A stretch of DNA of 64,000 nt from Malacoraja senta (taxonomy: Eukaryota): assembly GCA_038087875.1 (NCBI GenBank), contig CM075987.1:23190001-23254000 (forward strand). Direction: 5' to 3'. This document shows positions 29,075 through 43,115 of this stretch, piece after piece. The notes beneath the pieces are model-generated. The model was not told where the DNA came from. It did no database searches and was given only the letters and a program-made list of their open reading frames with translations. The position numbers were made by a program, and so were the translations under genes. The stretch's first letter is position 1; each line of letters begins with the position of its first letter.

Positions 29075-29577
29075 CTTGCCATAGAGGGAGTACAGAGAAG
29101 GTTCACCAGACTGATTACCGGGATGGCAGGACTTTCATATGAAGAAAGACTGGATAGACTCGGCTTGTACTCGCTAGAATTTAGAAGATTGAGGGGGGAT
29201 CTTATAGAAACTTACAACATTCTTAAGGGGTTGGACAGGCTAGATGCAGGAAGATTGTTCCCGATGTTGGGGAAGTCCAGAACAAGGGGTCACAGTTTGA
29301 GGATAAGGGAGAAGTCTTTTAGGACCGAGATGAGAAAAAAAAATTCATACAGAGAGTGGTGAATCTCTGGAACTCTCTGCCACAAAGTGTGGTTGAGGCC
29401 AGTTCATTGGCTATATTTAAGAGGGAGTTAGATGTGGCCCTTGTGGCTAAAGGGATCAGGGGGTATGGAGAGAAGGCAGGTACAGGATACTGAGTTGGAT
29501 GATCAGCCATGATCATATTGAATGGCGGTGCAGGCTCGAAGGGCCGAATGGCCTGCACCTATTTTCTATGTTTCTAT
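29075..29577 (+). mobile_element. CR1 LINE 3' fragment
   Basis: GLSYEERLDRLGLYSLEFRRLRGDLIETY; (ttctatgt) tail. Confidence 0.9.
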
Positions 29578-31327
29578 GAACACCATGGCCATGTGAGACG
29601 CCCCTCTGCCTCCAGAATGCTATCAATATAGGAGCAACTCGGAATTCACCATCTCTGCTGATCTGATAACATTTCCACAAAGCAGCCAGCATCATTGGAT
29701 CATGATGACTTCCCCCACCTCGGCCTGTAACCTTGCACCGTTAGCACGATCAGCAAAGCACAAGCCAAGCCTTCAGTCTTTGGTATAATCTTACATATTG
29801 TTCAGTACAATTCTTATATCTTCAGTTTAAACCAGCATCTGCAATTCCTTCCTACAACTTCAGTCTCTTCTGTTGGTTCAATGTCCGTCTTGGGACATTT
29901 AACTACATTAAAGGTGTAATTTGCGATTGCCACAATCTTACTGAAAAAAAAAGGTGAGCGATGTTCCCATGGAAACTGAGGGGTACCTGACTTGCCTACA
30001 GATATTTTGTTTGTGTCATTGCAGTTGCACATATGGGCCATGGAGTAGTGCTGCGTTCACTCTGGTCCAACAAGCAATGCTTGGCACGTCTGCCCAGTCC
30101 AACAGAGAGGGCTAATCAATACGTCCTAGACGGCTCAGGAACGGGAACACACTCTGAGCTTGAGTCAACAAAGCCTGTGTTTCTGGGGAAGGCTCTTGAC
30201 ATCCCAACTCTCTCCCTTCGAGGTGCGAAGCCCGGTTACAGGATTTATATCAACAATAGAATTGAAAATGCCATGGAGTGAGCCCCCGGAAAGCAGAGGG
30301 GCGATTGGGATACGAGGAAGGTTGTGGTTTTTCACATATGGTAGATGGCAGGGGTGAGTGGATGGGAAATCTGTGGGAAGAGCATTTTTTCCAAAGATAG
30401 AAATGTCAAAGACCAGAGGGCATAGCTTTAAGGTGAGAGGGGGATACTTTAAAGGAGATGTTTTGTTTAGTTTCGAGATACAGGCCCTTCAGCCCAATGA
30501 GTCCGCCATCCTCGTACATTCACAGTATCCTACACACACTAGGGACAATTTACAATTTTACCCAAGCCAATTGGCCTACAAAACTTGTACGTCTTTGGAG
30601 TGTGGGAGCTCGCGGAGAAAACCCACGCAAGTCACGGTACTTGGTATCGAACCCGGGACTCTGGCGCTGTAAAGCGGCAACTTTACCGCTGCGCCACCGT
30701 GTCGCCCTTTGCTGGGCTTTGTTTTTACACAGAGTGATGGATGCCCGGAACGTGCTGCTGGGGGTGGTGGTGGTGGAGGCAGATATGATATTGTGTTTAA
30801 AAGGCTTTTAGGGACATGCAGGGAATGGAGGAGTGTTGATCACTTACAGACAGAGGAGATTGGTATAACTCGGCATCATGGTTGGCACGAGCATTGTGGG
30901 CCGAAGGGCCTGTTCCTGTACTGTACTATGTTCTCCGTTTAAGATTGCTTAGGTTAGTTTAGAGATACATCGCGGAAACAGTCCCTTCGGCCCACCGACT
31001 CCGTGCCGACCAGCGATCCCCGCACATTAACACTATCCTACACACACTAGGGACAACTTTTACATTTATACCAAGCCAATTAACCTACAAACCTGTACTT
31101 CTTTGGAGTGAGGGAGGAAACTGAAGATCTTGGAGAAAACCCACGCAGGTCACGAGGAGAACTTACAAACTCCGTACGGACAGGATCGAACCCGGGTCTC
31201 TGGCGCTGTAAGGCAATAGCTCTACCGCATGTAGACAAAAACGCTGGAGAAACTCAGCGGGTGCGGCAGCATCTATGGAGCGAAGGAAATAGGCAACGTT
31301 TCGGGCCGAAACCCTTCTTCAGACTGA

Positions 31328-31541
31328 CACTGACCCTCACTGGGGAACAGGTCCCACACACACACACACTGACCCTCACTGGGGTACAGGTCCCACACAC
31401 ACACACACTGACCCTCACTGGGGTACAGGTCCCACACACACACACACTGACCCTCACTGGGGTACAGGTCCCACACACACACACACTGACCCTCACTGGG
31501 GTACAGGTCCCACACACACAGACCCTCACTGGGGAACAGGT

Positions 31542-31574
<33 letters not shown>

Positions 31575-31697
31575 ACCCTCACTGGGGTACAGGTCCCACA
31601 CACACTGACCCTCACTGGGGTACACGTCCCACACACACACACTGACCCTCACTGGGGTACAGGTCCCACACACACAGACCCTCACTGGGGAACAGGT

Positions 31698-31740
<43 letters not shown>

Positions 31741-32319
31741 ACCCTCACTGGGGTACAGGTCCCACACACACACACTGACCCTCACTGGGGTACACGTCCC
31801 ACACACACACACTGACCCTCACTGGGGTACAGGTCCCACACACACACACACACACTGACCCTCACTGGGGTACAGGTCCCACACACACACTGACCCTCAC
31901 TGGGGTACAGGTCCCACACACACACACACACACTGACCCTCACTGGGGTACAGGTCCCACACACACAGACCCTCACTGGGGTACAGGTCCCACACACACA
32001 CACTGACCCTCACTGGGGTACAGGTCCCACACACACACTGACCCTCACTGGGGTACAGGTCACACACACACACACTGACCCTCACTGGGGTACAGGTCCC
32101 ACACACACAGACCCTCACTGGGGTACAGGTCCCACACACACAGACCCTCACTGGGGTACAGGTCCCACACACACACACACACACACTGACCCTCACTGGG
32201 GAACAGGTCCCACACACACACACACTGACCCTCACTGGGGTACAGGTCCCACACACACACACACTGACCCTCACTGGGGTACAGGTCCCACACACACACA
32301 CTGACCCTCACTGGGGTAC
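31328..32319. repeat. Minisatellite ctgaccctcactggggtacaggtcc(ca)n, about 26 units
   Basis: Direct inspection: constant core with a variable CA spacer. Confidence 0.97.
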
Positions 32320-33943
32320 GGATTCCTCAGCCCTCCTGGCATGTTTAGTGTGACTGCAGCGATGTGCGAACAGCAAGCCAGCCGTCAGACTGATGGTTGA
32401 TTCATCCCTTGTGAATATGGTCTAATGTCCATTAATTATTAACAATTTTCCGAGTTTCTTCCCGACCTCCCAGTATCTGTCCCCGCCCTGTGATGGAGGG
32501 ACCAGGATGATTTACCTTGACATGGTTTTTTTTAACTGATAAAAGGGTCCCACACACACACACACTGATTGAGGAGGGTGGTAACCATGGCGACGGCGGG
32601 GCAGTGTTGGGTTGCAACGATCCGTGTGGAAGCGTGAAGCGGTGGGGGTGGGGGTGGGGGTCCGGCTGAGACCTGCTCCCTGCTCCCTGACCCTCCATCC
32701 CCAGATTAGCGCACAAATCCACACGCGGGGGGAAGACTCCGCAAGGAATGTGCGGCAGATTGCAATAGAACAATGAGCAGATGGAAGGAGAATGTTGTAT
32801 CTCCAGCCCCCGTGGTGTGCAAGTGGAGAGGTGCTTGTTCGGGCTGGCAGGCAAGAGAGGGATAGGCTGGAGGCCGTTCAGCCCATCGGACCAGTGCTAT
32901 CATTCAGCCAGATAATAGCCCATCTCCATCACCCCCCCGCCCCCCGCCACGAGTCTTGTCTTCACCCCCAATACCATCCCCATAATTATCATTGTGGTGA
33001 ACCCGTACACAGCAACACCCCCCCCCCCCAAACCCCAACCCCAAGCCTCTCTCCCTCCACCCCCAGGTAAGGGCGGCTCTGCGGCACAGCTTGTGGGACC
33101 TGTTGCCTCACTGTGCCAGAGACCCGGGTTCGATCCCGATCTCCGGCTCTGTGTCTGTGTGGTGTTTGCACGTCCTCCCCGTGAACGCTTGGATTTCCAC
33201 CGGGCGCTTTTGAAATTTTGCTCCCACATCCCCCAAAAGAAGTGAAGGTTCATAGGGTTTCATTGGCCTCAGCAAATCACCCCTAATCCGTAGGCAGTGG
33301 GAGAATATGGAATGAGTGTCAACAGGCGACCGATGGTCAGTCAGCATGGACATGATGGGCCGAAGGGCCTGTTTCCCAAGATGTATTTCTAAACCAGACT
33401 AAATCCAAACCTAAGAAGAAGTATCAAATGAAGCTGCCGCCAGAGGCCGTTGGGGGGACTGTGCAAGGGCAGACCAGGCGGCTGTTGCAATTGTCCCAGT
33501 GGCTGATGAGAACGGAGACCCAATGGCCATGTGCAGCCGTGTGCAACGCCGGGCCTGGTGGGCCGATCCGAAGAAGGGCCTGGTGGGCCGATGCCTGCAG
33601 GGTGAGGCTCGGAAAACCAGAGAGTCCAGAGCTCTGGACTGTTGGCGACAATGGCCTGATGTTTGGTGGTGGGGTCCTCAAAGGGAGGCAGGTGTGAGGA
33701 CGAGTTTAGCAGCGGTGATGAAGTGTCCTAGGTCACCAGCGAGCCCCATACAATAGACAATAGGTGCAGGAGTAGGCCATTCGGCCCTTCGAGCCAGCAC
33801 TATCCCACACACACCAGAGACAATTTACAATTTTACCGAAGCCACTAAGCCTATAACCTGTACGTCTTTGAGTGTGGGAGGAAACCGGAGCACCCGGAGA
33901 AAACCCGTACCCGTAGGCAGGAACGAACCTGGGTCTCTGGTAA

Positions 33944-34326
33944 AGGGCCTGTCCCACTTGGACGACCTAATCCACGAGTTTAGAAGACCCTAGACGAGTT
34001 GAAAAAAATATCACGGTCGTGTTGACTCGCCGAAGTAAAAGACTTCCTACGACCTCCTACAACTATGTCTACGACCTACCTACGACCTACCTACGAGTAA
34101 AAAGTGTCCATTTTTCCCATGTCTTTTTTTACTCGTGGAAATTTTTTATCAGGCTGGAAAAAACGCCGCGACATAATTAAAGCCACGACTACGCGGAGAC
34201 CGCTCACGAGCACGAGGAAGAGTTACGAAGACCTCCTACGACCTCGTGGCGACCATGCTGCGAGTATGAGTCAAGGGTAAACTCGGCAGAGGTCGCCAAT
34301 TAGGTCGTGAAAGTGGGACAGGGGCT
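33944..34326. mobile_element. Harbinger-type MITE inserted in a V-SINE
   Basis: TIR agggcctgtcccactt; flanks taa/tga; SINE sequence resumes after it. Confidence 0.8.
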
Positions 34327-35151
34327 TGAGGCAGCAAGTCCACCGCTGCCCCACCGTGCCACAGCTGTTCTAATGCGATACACACAATTGGTTAGTGAGG
34401 GGATAATGATCACACACACACACACACACGTTGGTCTCAATGGTTGTAGTTGGTCTTTTTATATTTTCCGAGACTTAAGAGGGAGCCGGGTAAAAATAAT
34501 GAGCTACTCAATCTACAGAAGGGCAGATTCCAGATAGTCAGCTGGTCCCAGCCCAGCAAGTACTGGTGCAGATGCACCATGCCTCTCTGAATATTGAGGT
34601 CAGGAGAAAGCCTCATCTGGGACCCATTATATAAGCGGGGAATGAGCTAAAAGCTACACTACACCTTGTCAGTGCTCTCAGCAAGCTCCTGTCATAATTG
34701 GACTTTGATTATCAGCAGTGCAGTGCCCAGCAATGCAGAGTCAAAAGCAGCTGCCATTTTAGACACAGCAACTGAATCGGAAGAAAACATTATTCCTTCA
34801 ACAAGTATAGAGTCATAAATCACACCGTACAGAAATGAGCACGTCAGCCCACTGGCTCCACACCCACCATTGATCATCTGTAGACAATAGACAATAGGTG
34901 CAGGAGTAGGCCATTCAGCCCTTCGAGCCAGCACCAACATTCAATGTGATCATGGCTGATCATCCCCAATCAGTACCCCGTTCCTGCCTTCTCCCCATAT
35001 CCCCTGACTCCGCTATTTTTAAGAGCCCTATCTAGCTCTCTCTTGAAAGCATCCAGAGAACCGGCCTCCACCGCCCTCTGAGGCAGAGAATTCCACAGAC
35101 TCACCACTCTCGGTGAGAAAATGATACCTCTCTAATAATACCTAATCCAAT

Positions 35152-35450
35152 GGGCGGCACGGTGGCGCAGCGGAAGAGACGCTGCTTTACAGTGCCAGAC
35201 ACCCGGGGTTCGATCCTGACTGTCTGTAAGGAGTTTGTATGTTCTCCCCGTGACCATGTGGGTTTTCTCCGGGTGCTCCGGTTTCCTCCCACAATCCAAA
35301 GACCTACAGGTTTGTAGGTTAATTGGCTTTGGTAAAAATTGTGAATTGTCCCGAGTGTGTAGAATAGTATTAGTGTACGGGGATCGCTGGTCGGCACGGA
35401 CACAGTGGGCCGAAGGGCCTGTTTCCACGCTGTATCTCTAAACTAATCTA
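35152..35450 (+). mobile_element. V-SINE
   Basis: Head, V-domain and tail. Confidence 0.85.
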
Positions 35451-37364
35451 AATTATTGTCAATTAAACCACCCTCCTCATTCTTATCTCCATGTCCATGT
35501 GTACTATTCAATCCTTTGGGAGCGACGTTTTATAGTCTTGGGAAGTAAGTTGTTTTTTCTGAATTACCTGCTCTCTGCCCTGCCAATTATTTTCTATTGA
35601 CGGCCTCCTGTGGAAAGAGAAAACTCCAACAAAACCTCTCCTAACAGAAGATCTCGAATGAAAGCACAAATCACCTTCCCTTTTGTAGAGGAGAGAAGCT
35701 CGGTTCATTCATCCCCTTCCCAGTTGGAGTAACCATGAGGGTGATATTCACTTGAAAACATTCAGTGTCCTAAATTCTTTATAAGATCTGTTGAGCGGAA
35801 CATTCTCCAAACTGTTTTTCACAGGGTTCCGTGCAAGGAGTCAGCAACATCTTTCAGTGCAGCTGCTCTGGAAATAAAGTTTATACTTTCTGCAGATTTC
35901 ATCATCTGCAGCCATACTTTTAGCAATGTTGCCTTTGAAATCTCAAATCCCCTTGCAGCTCTGCACACTTGTGGAATCTTATTTTTTCAATAATATATGA
36001 GTTCCCTATTTTCTCATATTTAAATTACAATACCTTGAATTGTACCTTGGTTGAAATTAATGTTCTACTTCGAAGTCCGTTCCGTAGGCTAACACAACTG
36101 TTTCATTTGTTGATGTGCTGCTGACACGTGGCATTTATGGGTTGAGCACTAATTTAGAAATTGCACTTACGATTGTAAAATGGCAGTGTTGTATAAACTG
36201 TGAAAAGTTTGGGTGAAGGTTGAGTCAGGGCACTGGGAATGTCCGCAAGGAGAGAGTTGGAACTTTGGCCAAACGTGTGGGCGAAGTTACATTGGGCCAT
36301 TCACCAAAGCTGCAGAGAGTTTGTGTACATATGCACAAGATCAATATGAGAACTCCCATCCCTTACAGCGATCTTTAATACGTTGGTTGACTAATTTACA
36401 AGGCTGTGGAGGCTGTCAGTGGATAATTTTAAGGCAGAGATAGATAGATTCTTGATTAATACGGATGTCAGACGTCATGGGGAGAAGGCAGGAGAATGGT
36501 GTTAGGAGGGAGATAGATCAGCCATGATTGAATGGCTTGATGGGCCGAATGGCCTAATTCTGCTCCTATCATGATCTTATGATCTATGACCTGAAAGGCT
36601 TGCTTGACCATCTCAAGCCCAATTGGGTCAGGAGATTCTCATTTTTGATTAGTAATAAAGGTTGATTTTCTTTTTTTTAAAACCCTCAAAGTGGTGGAGT
36701 AACTCAGCAGGTCAGGTAGCATCTCGAGAGAACATGGGTAGGTGACATTTCGAGTCAAGACCCTTCTTTAAACGGATCCAAATCTGAAACGTCACCTAAC
36801 CATGTTCTCCCAAGATGCTGCCTGACCCGCTGAGTTACTCCAGCACTTTGGGAATATTCCTAACAACACGAGACCACCAGTCACAGTCACAGTGGACAAC
36901 CTACCTCAGTGATGTGATTGTAATTTATTTCCAGCTGAGTGAATTAGATAAGTTTTAATTAATGAACTGATCAAAGTGGACCGTGATATTCATTTGTTTA
37001 TGTTGATCCCGTTCATGCCAAACATCTGGGTGGGATGATCTGCCTCAGAGTCATTGATTTCTGAGTGCACTCATTTACAATAGACAATAGACAATAGGTG
37101 CAGGAGTAGGCCATTTGGCCCTTCGAGCCAGCACCGCCATTCAATGTGATCATGGCTGATCATCCCCAATCAGTACCCCGTTCCTGCCTTCTCTCCATAT
37201 CCCCTGACTCCACTATCTTTAAGAGCCCTATCTAGCTCTCTCTTGAAAGCATCCAGAGAACCGGCCTCCACTGCCCTCTGAGGCAGAGAATTCCACAGCC
37301 TCACCACTCTCAGTGAGAAAAAGTGTTTCCTCGTCCCCGTTCTAAATGGCTTACTCCTTATTCT

Positions 37365-37693
37365 TAGTTTTGTTTAGTTTAGTTTAGTTTAATTCAGTTT
37401 AGTTTAGAGATACAGCGTGGAAACAGGCCCTTCGGCCCACCGAGTCCGTGCCGACCAGCGATCCCCGCACACTAACACTATCCCACACACTGCGGACAAT
37501 TTACAATTAGACCAAGCCAATTAGCCTGCGAACCTGTACGTCTTTGGAGTGTGGGAGGGAACTGGGGCACCCGGGGAAAACCCGCGCAGGTCACGGGGAG
37601 AACGTACAGACTCGGTACAGGCAGGCGCCCGTAGTCAGGATCGAACCCGGGCCCCTTGTGCTGTTAGGCAGCAACTCTACCACTGTGCCGCCC
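37365..37693 (-). mobile_element. V-SINE
   Basis: Long (ttagt)n tail on the plus strand. Confidence 0.85.
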
Positions 37694-38980
37694 AGAAAGG
37701 AGGTGCGTTTACTGACCTGCAAGAGTACTGGCTGCCGACGTCTTTCATCCGCAGCCGTGTTCGGCCATGGCCGTGTTCCAGACCAGAGGGCCGTACATTC
37801 ACACAGCACAGCACAAGGCCATTCAGCCCTCTGCAGCTGCGATGGATTGTTCCCAATCACACCCTATCCCACTGAAAACTGTTCCTTCCCCCCTCAGACA
37901 TCGGTAACAGCTCTCACACACAGGGCCGAGGCTGACTGCCAAAGCTCCTGAACAATAACCATTTTTGTTAAGAGGATTGTCAATTTCTTGGGCATAATTG
38001 AACTTGTGATCACTTCGCACTTCACAAAGAATTTAATTCCAGTCGGTGAATGATATACAGGAGGAATAATGGGTTATTAAGATGTGATTTTCTACAACCA
38101 GTTTCTTTGTTAGATAATCACACTCACACTATTGAACTGCCTGGCGTCTGTGTGTAATTAGTGTATTGATCTTGGAGGGTTTGCTGAAATAGGCAGCAGT
38201 GTCTGCTTTCTTTTTTGTTGTTGACAGGAGCAGATTTAGGCCATTCGGCCCATCCGGTCTACTCCGCCATTCAATCAAGGCTGATCTATCTCTCCCTCCT
38301 AACCCCGTTCTCCTGCCTTCTCCCCATAGCCCTTGACACCCGTACTAATCAAGACTCTGTCATTTCTGCCTTAAACATAGCCATCACAGCCTTCTGTGGC
38401 AACGAATTCCACAGATTCACCACCCTCTGACTAAAGCTTCTCGTACCTAGTGCTGGAGTTCTGACACTTATAGAACACGTTTATACATGGGATACAGCGC
38501 GGAAACAGGCCCTTCGGCCCAACAAGTCCGTGCCTGCCAGCGATCCCCGCACACCAACACTGCCCTACACACACTAGGGACAATTCACACATACACCAAG
38601 CCAATTAACCTACAAACCTGCACGTCTTTGGAATGCGGGAGGAAACCAAGAAGATCTCGGAGAAAACCCACGCGGTCACGGGGAGAACGTACACATTCCT
38701 GCTGACAGCAGCCATAGTCGGGATCGATCCCGGGTCTCCGGTGCTGCAAGCTCTGTAAGGCAGCAACTCTACCCCTGCGCTACTGTGATCGCACAGGGTA
38801 GTGCCAAGGTAAAGGGTGTGGTTACTGGGGGAGTGAACCTATAGAGGGGAGTTGACTGAGAATGGTTTTGGCATGAGATGGAGAATGTGCTTCTTCATGG
38901 GATCGTGTTTGGAGGTAATGGACATTTTGGAGGATTATCCACTGAATGGGGAGGATGGGGGACTGGAAGACAGAAAGGAA

Positions 38981-39038
38981 TGGACCCAACCTGGACCCAT
39001 CCTGGACCCAACCTGGACCCATCCTGGACCCAACCTGG
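38981..39038. repeat. 11-bp tandem repeat tggaccca(a/t)cc, about 5 copies
   Basis: Alternating a/t variant. Confidence 0.9.
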
Positions 39039-41955
39039 AGGCAAGAGAAGGAAGCAAAACATATTAGGGGACAATAACAATGGGTTAGGGGACAATAGCA
39101 GGTATTATCACAATATTTAAGAAGCAGGTCCATGAATAGGACAGGTTTAGAGGGATATGGGCCGAACGCAGGATGGCGGGACTAGTGTCGATGGGACATG
39201 TTGGTCGGTGTAGGCAAGTTGGGCCAAAGGGCCTGTTTCCATGTTGTATGATTCTATGACTCAATAACAAGTTTGGGGAACCTTCGAATTGCAGTCATGG
39301 GGGAATCCGTTGGGGAAGAATGGAAACAGATCAGAAGGTGGCATCAACAGAACGTATATATTGTAGAAGAATGGGAGACAGACAATTATAACCCAAGTCT
39401 CTGTTGGTTAATTGTTGGTGGTAGTCACTGGGCCTCCTCCTGAGAAGGAAGCTCCAACATTGAGCAAGGAGGGGGGAGAACCAGAAGTGGCCAATCCAAA
39501 CAAGAAGAAGCCAGCAGCTAAACCGAGCTGATTTTCTTCTTCAGGCCGAAAGTGGAAACGGCAGCAATTTACTCGTCAATGGGAGAACAATCTAGCAAGA
39601 GGCATAAAAGGATTGTGCAAGCTGCCGGAAGGATGTGAAAAGGAGAGAGTGGCAATGCAGGCAGGAGAAGTTATGACAGGGAATAAGGAACATGCAGAGA
39701 AGTTAAAGTAGTCTGTGTGTCACAGCTAGTGTTTCTAGAATGATGGCTGCAGAGATAATGGATGAAGGAGATTGGATCTTTGCTGGATCTTTGCAGTGAC
39801 AGCATGAAATACAGGCTGCTGCTGAAGAGACGGAGTGAACAGGGAAGTTCATTGGCAATACACTGGAATCTAGTGTTAGGGACAAGCGGATATGATATTT
39901 GGAGAGAGGCAAACACAAAGCAAGCTTGTGTTTGACTGATCTCTGTTTCCTGAGGTTGGACCTGGCGGAGAGGAGGAATCAGCGGATATTTTATACCTGG
40001 ATTTACAAAAGGCACATGCAAAGTGTTTATCCCATAAAAGCATTGATATGGTGGATAGTCAGAATCTTCTTTCCAGGGTGGAGATAAGTTTAGTTTAGTT
40101 TAGAGATACAGCGCGGTAACAGGCCCTGTGGCCAGGCGAGACCATACCTTTCAGCAATTACCTGTACACTAGTTCCGTCCCACACATGAGGGACAATTGA
40201 CATCACCAGTTAACCTACAATCCTGCATGTCTTTTGAGTGTGGGAGGAAACTGGAGCAGCCGCAGGAAACCCACGTGGTCACAGGGAGAACGCAGCAACC
40301 ATACAGACAGCACCCTTGGTCAGATCAATCTCTGGTGCTGTAAGACAGCAACTCTACCGTGCCACCCCCTAAATGTCAAAGACTTGAGGGCGCAGCTTTA
40401 AGGTAAGAAGGGCAAAGTCCAAGGGAGATGTGCGGGGCAAGATTTTTACACAGAGAGTGGCGGTTGCCTGGAACGTGGCTGGTGGCGGTGGCAGATTGGA
40501 TAGTGGTGTCTAAGAGGCTTTTAGATAGGCACATGGATATGCAGGGAATGGAGGGAAATGGGCCATGTGCACGCAGAGGAGATCAGTACATCTGGGCATC
40601 ATGTTCGGCACAGGCATTGGGGACCGAAGGGTCTATTCCTGTGCTGTACTCTCCTGTGTTCTACGTTCTAAAGTTCAAGGTCATGTGAGTGTTTACTGTT
40701 GAGCCCTGGTGAATAGACAGAGTGCTGGACAGAGTGATTCATGAGGCAATCTGGGTTGGCAGGTTGGACGGACAATTGCTGAGACTTCAGCTGTTTACAA
40801 TCTGTGTTGAAGATAGATTCAAGATTCAAGAGAGTTTCTTGTCATGTGTCCCTGATCAATGAAATTCTTGCTTTGCTTCAACACAACAGAACATAGTAGG
40901 CATTGACTACAGAACTGATCAGTGTGTCCATATACCATTATATACATATATACACACATGAATAAATATACTGATAAAGTGCAAATAACAGATAATGGGC
41001 TATTTGAGCTGACAGTTGTGGGGACTGCTCCTGATAATGGAATGCTGGATGGGAAAGCAAGCTTTGAGGATACAGAGAAGCTGAATGTCCGACAGTGTGC
41101 GGATTTTAAGGGGAGTGATTGGGAAATGTTTGGTTTCAGAGGGCTCTGATGTCCTTGGATTTGAACATCTGAGATGTAATGTGCAGGTGAAGGGGTAAGT
41201 AAGGGGTGAACCAAAGAGGTTGTCAGCCATTATTAGAGTATGCTTCAAATCATACTACCTTTAGTTTAGTTTACAGATACTGTGCGGAGAAAGGCCCCCC
41301 AGCCCACCGAGTCCGCGCCGACCAGCGATCCCCGCACATTAACGCTATCCTACACACACTAGGGACAATTCACACATACACCAAGCCAATTAACCTACAA
41401 ACCTGTATGTCTTTGGAGTGTGGGAGGAAGCCAAAGATCTCAGAGAAAACCCACGTGGTCACGGGGAGAACGTACAAACTCCATACAGACAAGCACCCGT
41501 AGCCGGGATTGAACCCGGGTCTCCGGTGCTGCAAGCACTATAAGGCAGCAACTCTACCGCTGCACCACCATTTCGCTTGTCTAACAGCTGCAGTTGTACA
41601 AGACCTTAGTGAGACTAGGCTGGGAAAACTGTGCTCAATGGTGCTCTCTTTATCCAAGGAGGTTTAGAAACATAGAAAATAGGTGCAGGAGTAGGCCATG
41701 CGGCCCTTCGAGCCAGCACCGCCATTCAATATGATCATGGCTGATCATCCAAAATCAGTACCTCGTTCTGGCATTTTTCCCCATATCCCTTGATTCTATT
41801 AACCCTTAGAGCTAAATCTAACTCTCTCTTGAAAGCATCCAGTGAATTGGCCTCCACTACCTTCTGTGGCAGAGAATTCCACAGATTCACAACTCTCGGG
41901 GTTTATCTTGGGCTTTGATGCATTTCAGAATATTGAGAACATGTGGACCAGTCCT

Positions 41956-42633
41956 GGGTGGCACAGTAGCTCAGCTGGTAGAGCTGCTGCCTCACAGCAC
42001 CTGGAACCCAGGTTCAATCCTGATCACGGGTGCTGACTGTGTGGAGTTTGCACGTCCTCCCTCAGACCGTGCGGCTTTCCTCCGGATTTTCCGGTTTCTT
42101 CCCACAATTCCAAGGACGTGTGGGTCTTTAAGTTAATTGGCCCTCTGTAAAATCGACCCTAGTGTGGGGAGTTGATGAGAAAATGGGATAGAACGAGTGT
42201 GAACGAGTGACCAATGGTTGGTGCAGACTCGGTGGGCCGAAGGGCCTGTTTCCATGCTGTATCTCTAAACTAAACTAACCTTATTGAATAGAGAAGAAGG
42301 CACAAAGGGCCAAATGGCCTGATCCTGCTCAGTTTAGTTTAGTTTAGAGATACAGCGTGGAAACAGGCCCTTCGGCCCACCGAGTCCACGCTGACCAGCG
42401 ATCCCCGCACACTAATACTATCCTACACACACTAGTGACAATGTACACATTTTCCAAGCCAATTAGCCTACAAGCCTGTACGTCTTTGGAGTGCGAGAGG
42501 AAACCGGAGCACCCAGGGAAATGGGTCACGGGGAGAATGTACAAACTCCGTACAGACAGAACCCGTCGACAGGATAGAACCCGGGTCTCTGGCGCTGTGA
42601 GGCAGCAACTCTACCGCTGCACCACCGTGCCGC
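41956..42633. mobile_element. Two V-SINEs tail-to-tail (41956-42278 plus, 42331-42633 minus)
   Basis: Convergent copies with facing tails. Confidence 0.75.
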
Positions 42634-42927
42634 TCTTGTGTCCTTGGGAGTTAACACGGACTCACTGCAGACACGCAGTTCAGGTCCAAGAACACCACAG
42701 GTACACAGGGACTGCTGTTTGACTGATAGGATCTGAAGTTGGCAACAACTGCACTGCGAGAATCTTTCAGAAGTAGAATGACTGAAAGTGCAGCAGTCAC
42801 CTGAGTCTTCACCTTACCTCTCTGAGAGAGGCAAGTACCAACTGCAAGGAAGCAATAGTTTTATCATTGCCATTATATTGGCAGTTATATTGGAACAGCA
42901 ATTATGTGGAGAGACTGGAGAAAGTGA

Positions 42928-43115
42928 AGGGCCTGTCCCACTTGGGCGTCATTTGCGCGTCACACAGATGGCGCGCGAAGATTTTGTACATCCCAAAATC
43001 CTGGGGCGTCGCGCGCGAGCGCGCATCACTGCCTACGTCACCACGCACCATGCGTCCGTCGTGCATCGTGACGCGTAAATGGTCACGTAAATGACGCCCA
43101 AGTGGGACAGGCCCT
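42928..43115. mobile_element. Harbinger-type MITE, CpG-rich
   Basis: TIR agggcctgtcccacttgggcgtcattt; TGA TSD. Confidence 0.85.

Noticed and set aside
31328..32319. CRISPR-like repeat-spacer appearance
   Set aside because: Spacers are only (CA)n, not unique sequence; vertebrate context; no cas genes.
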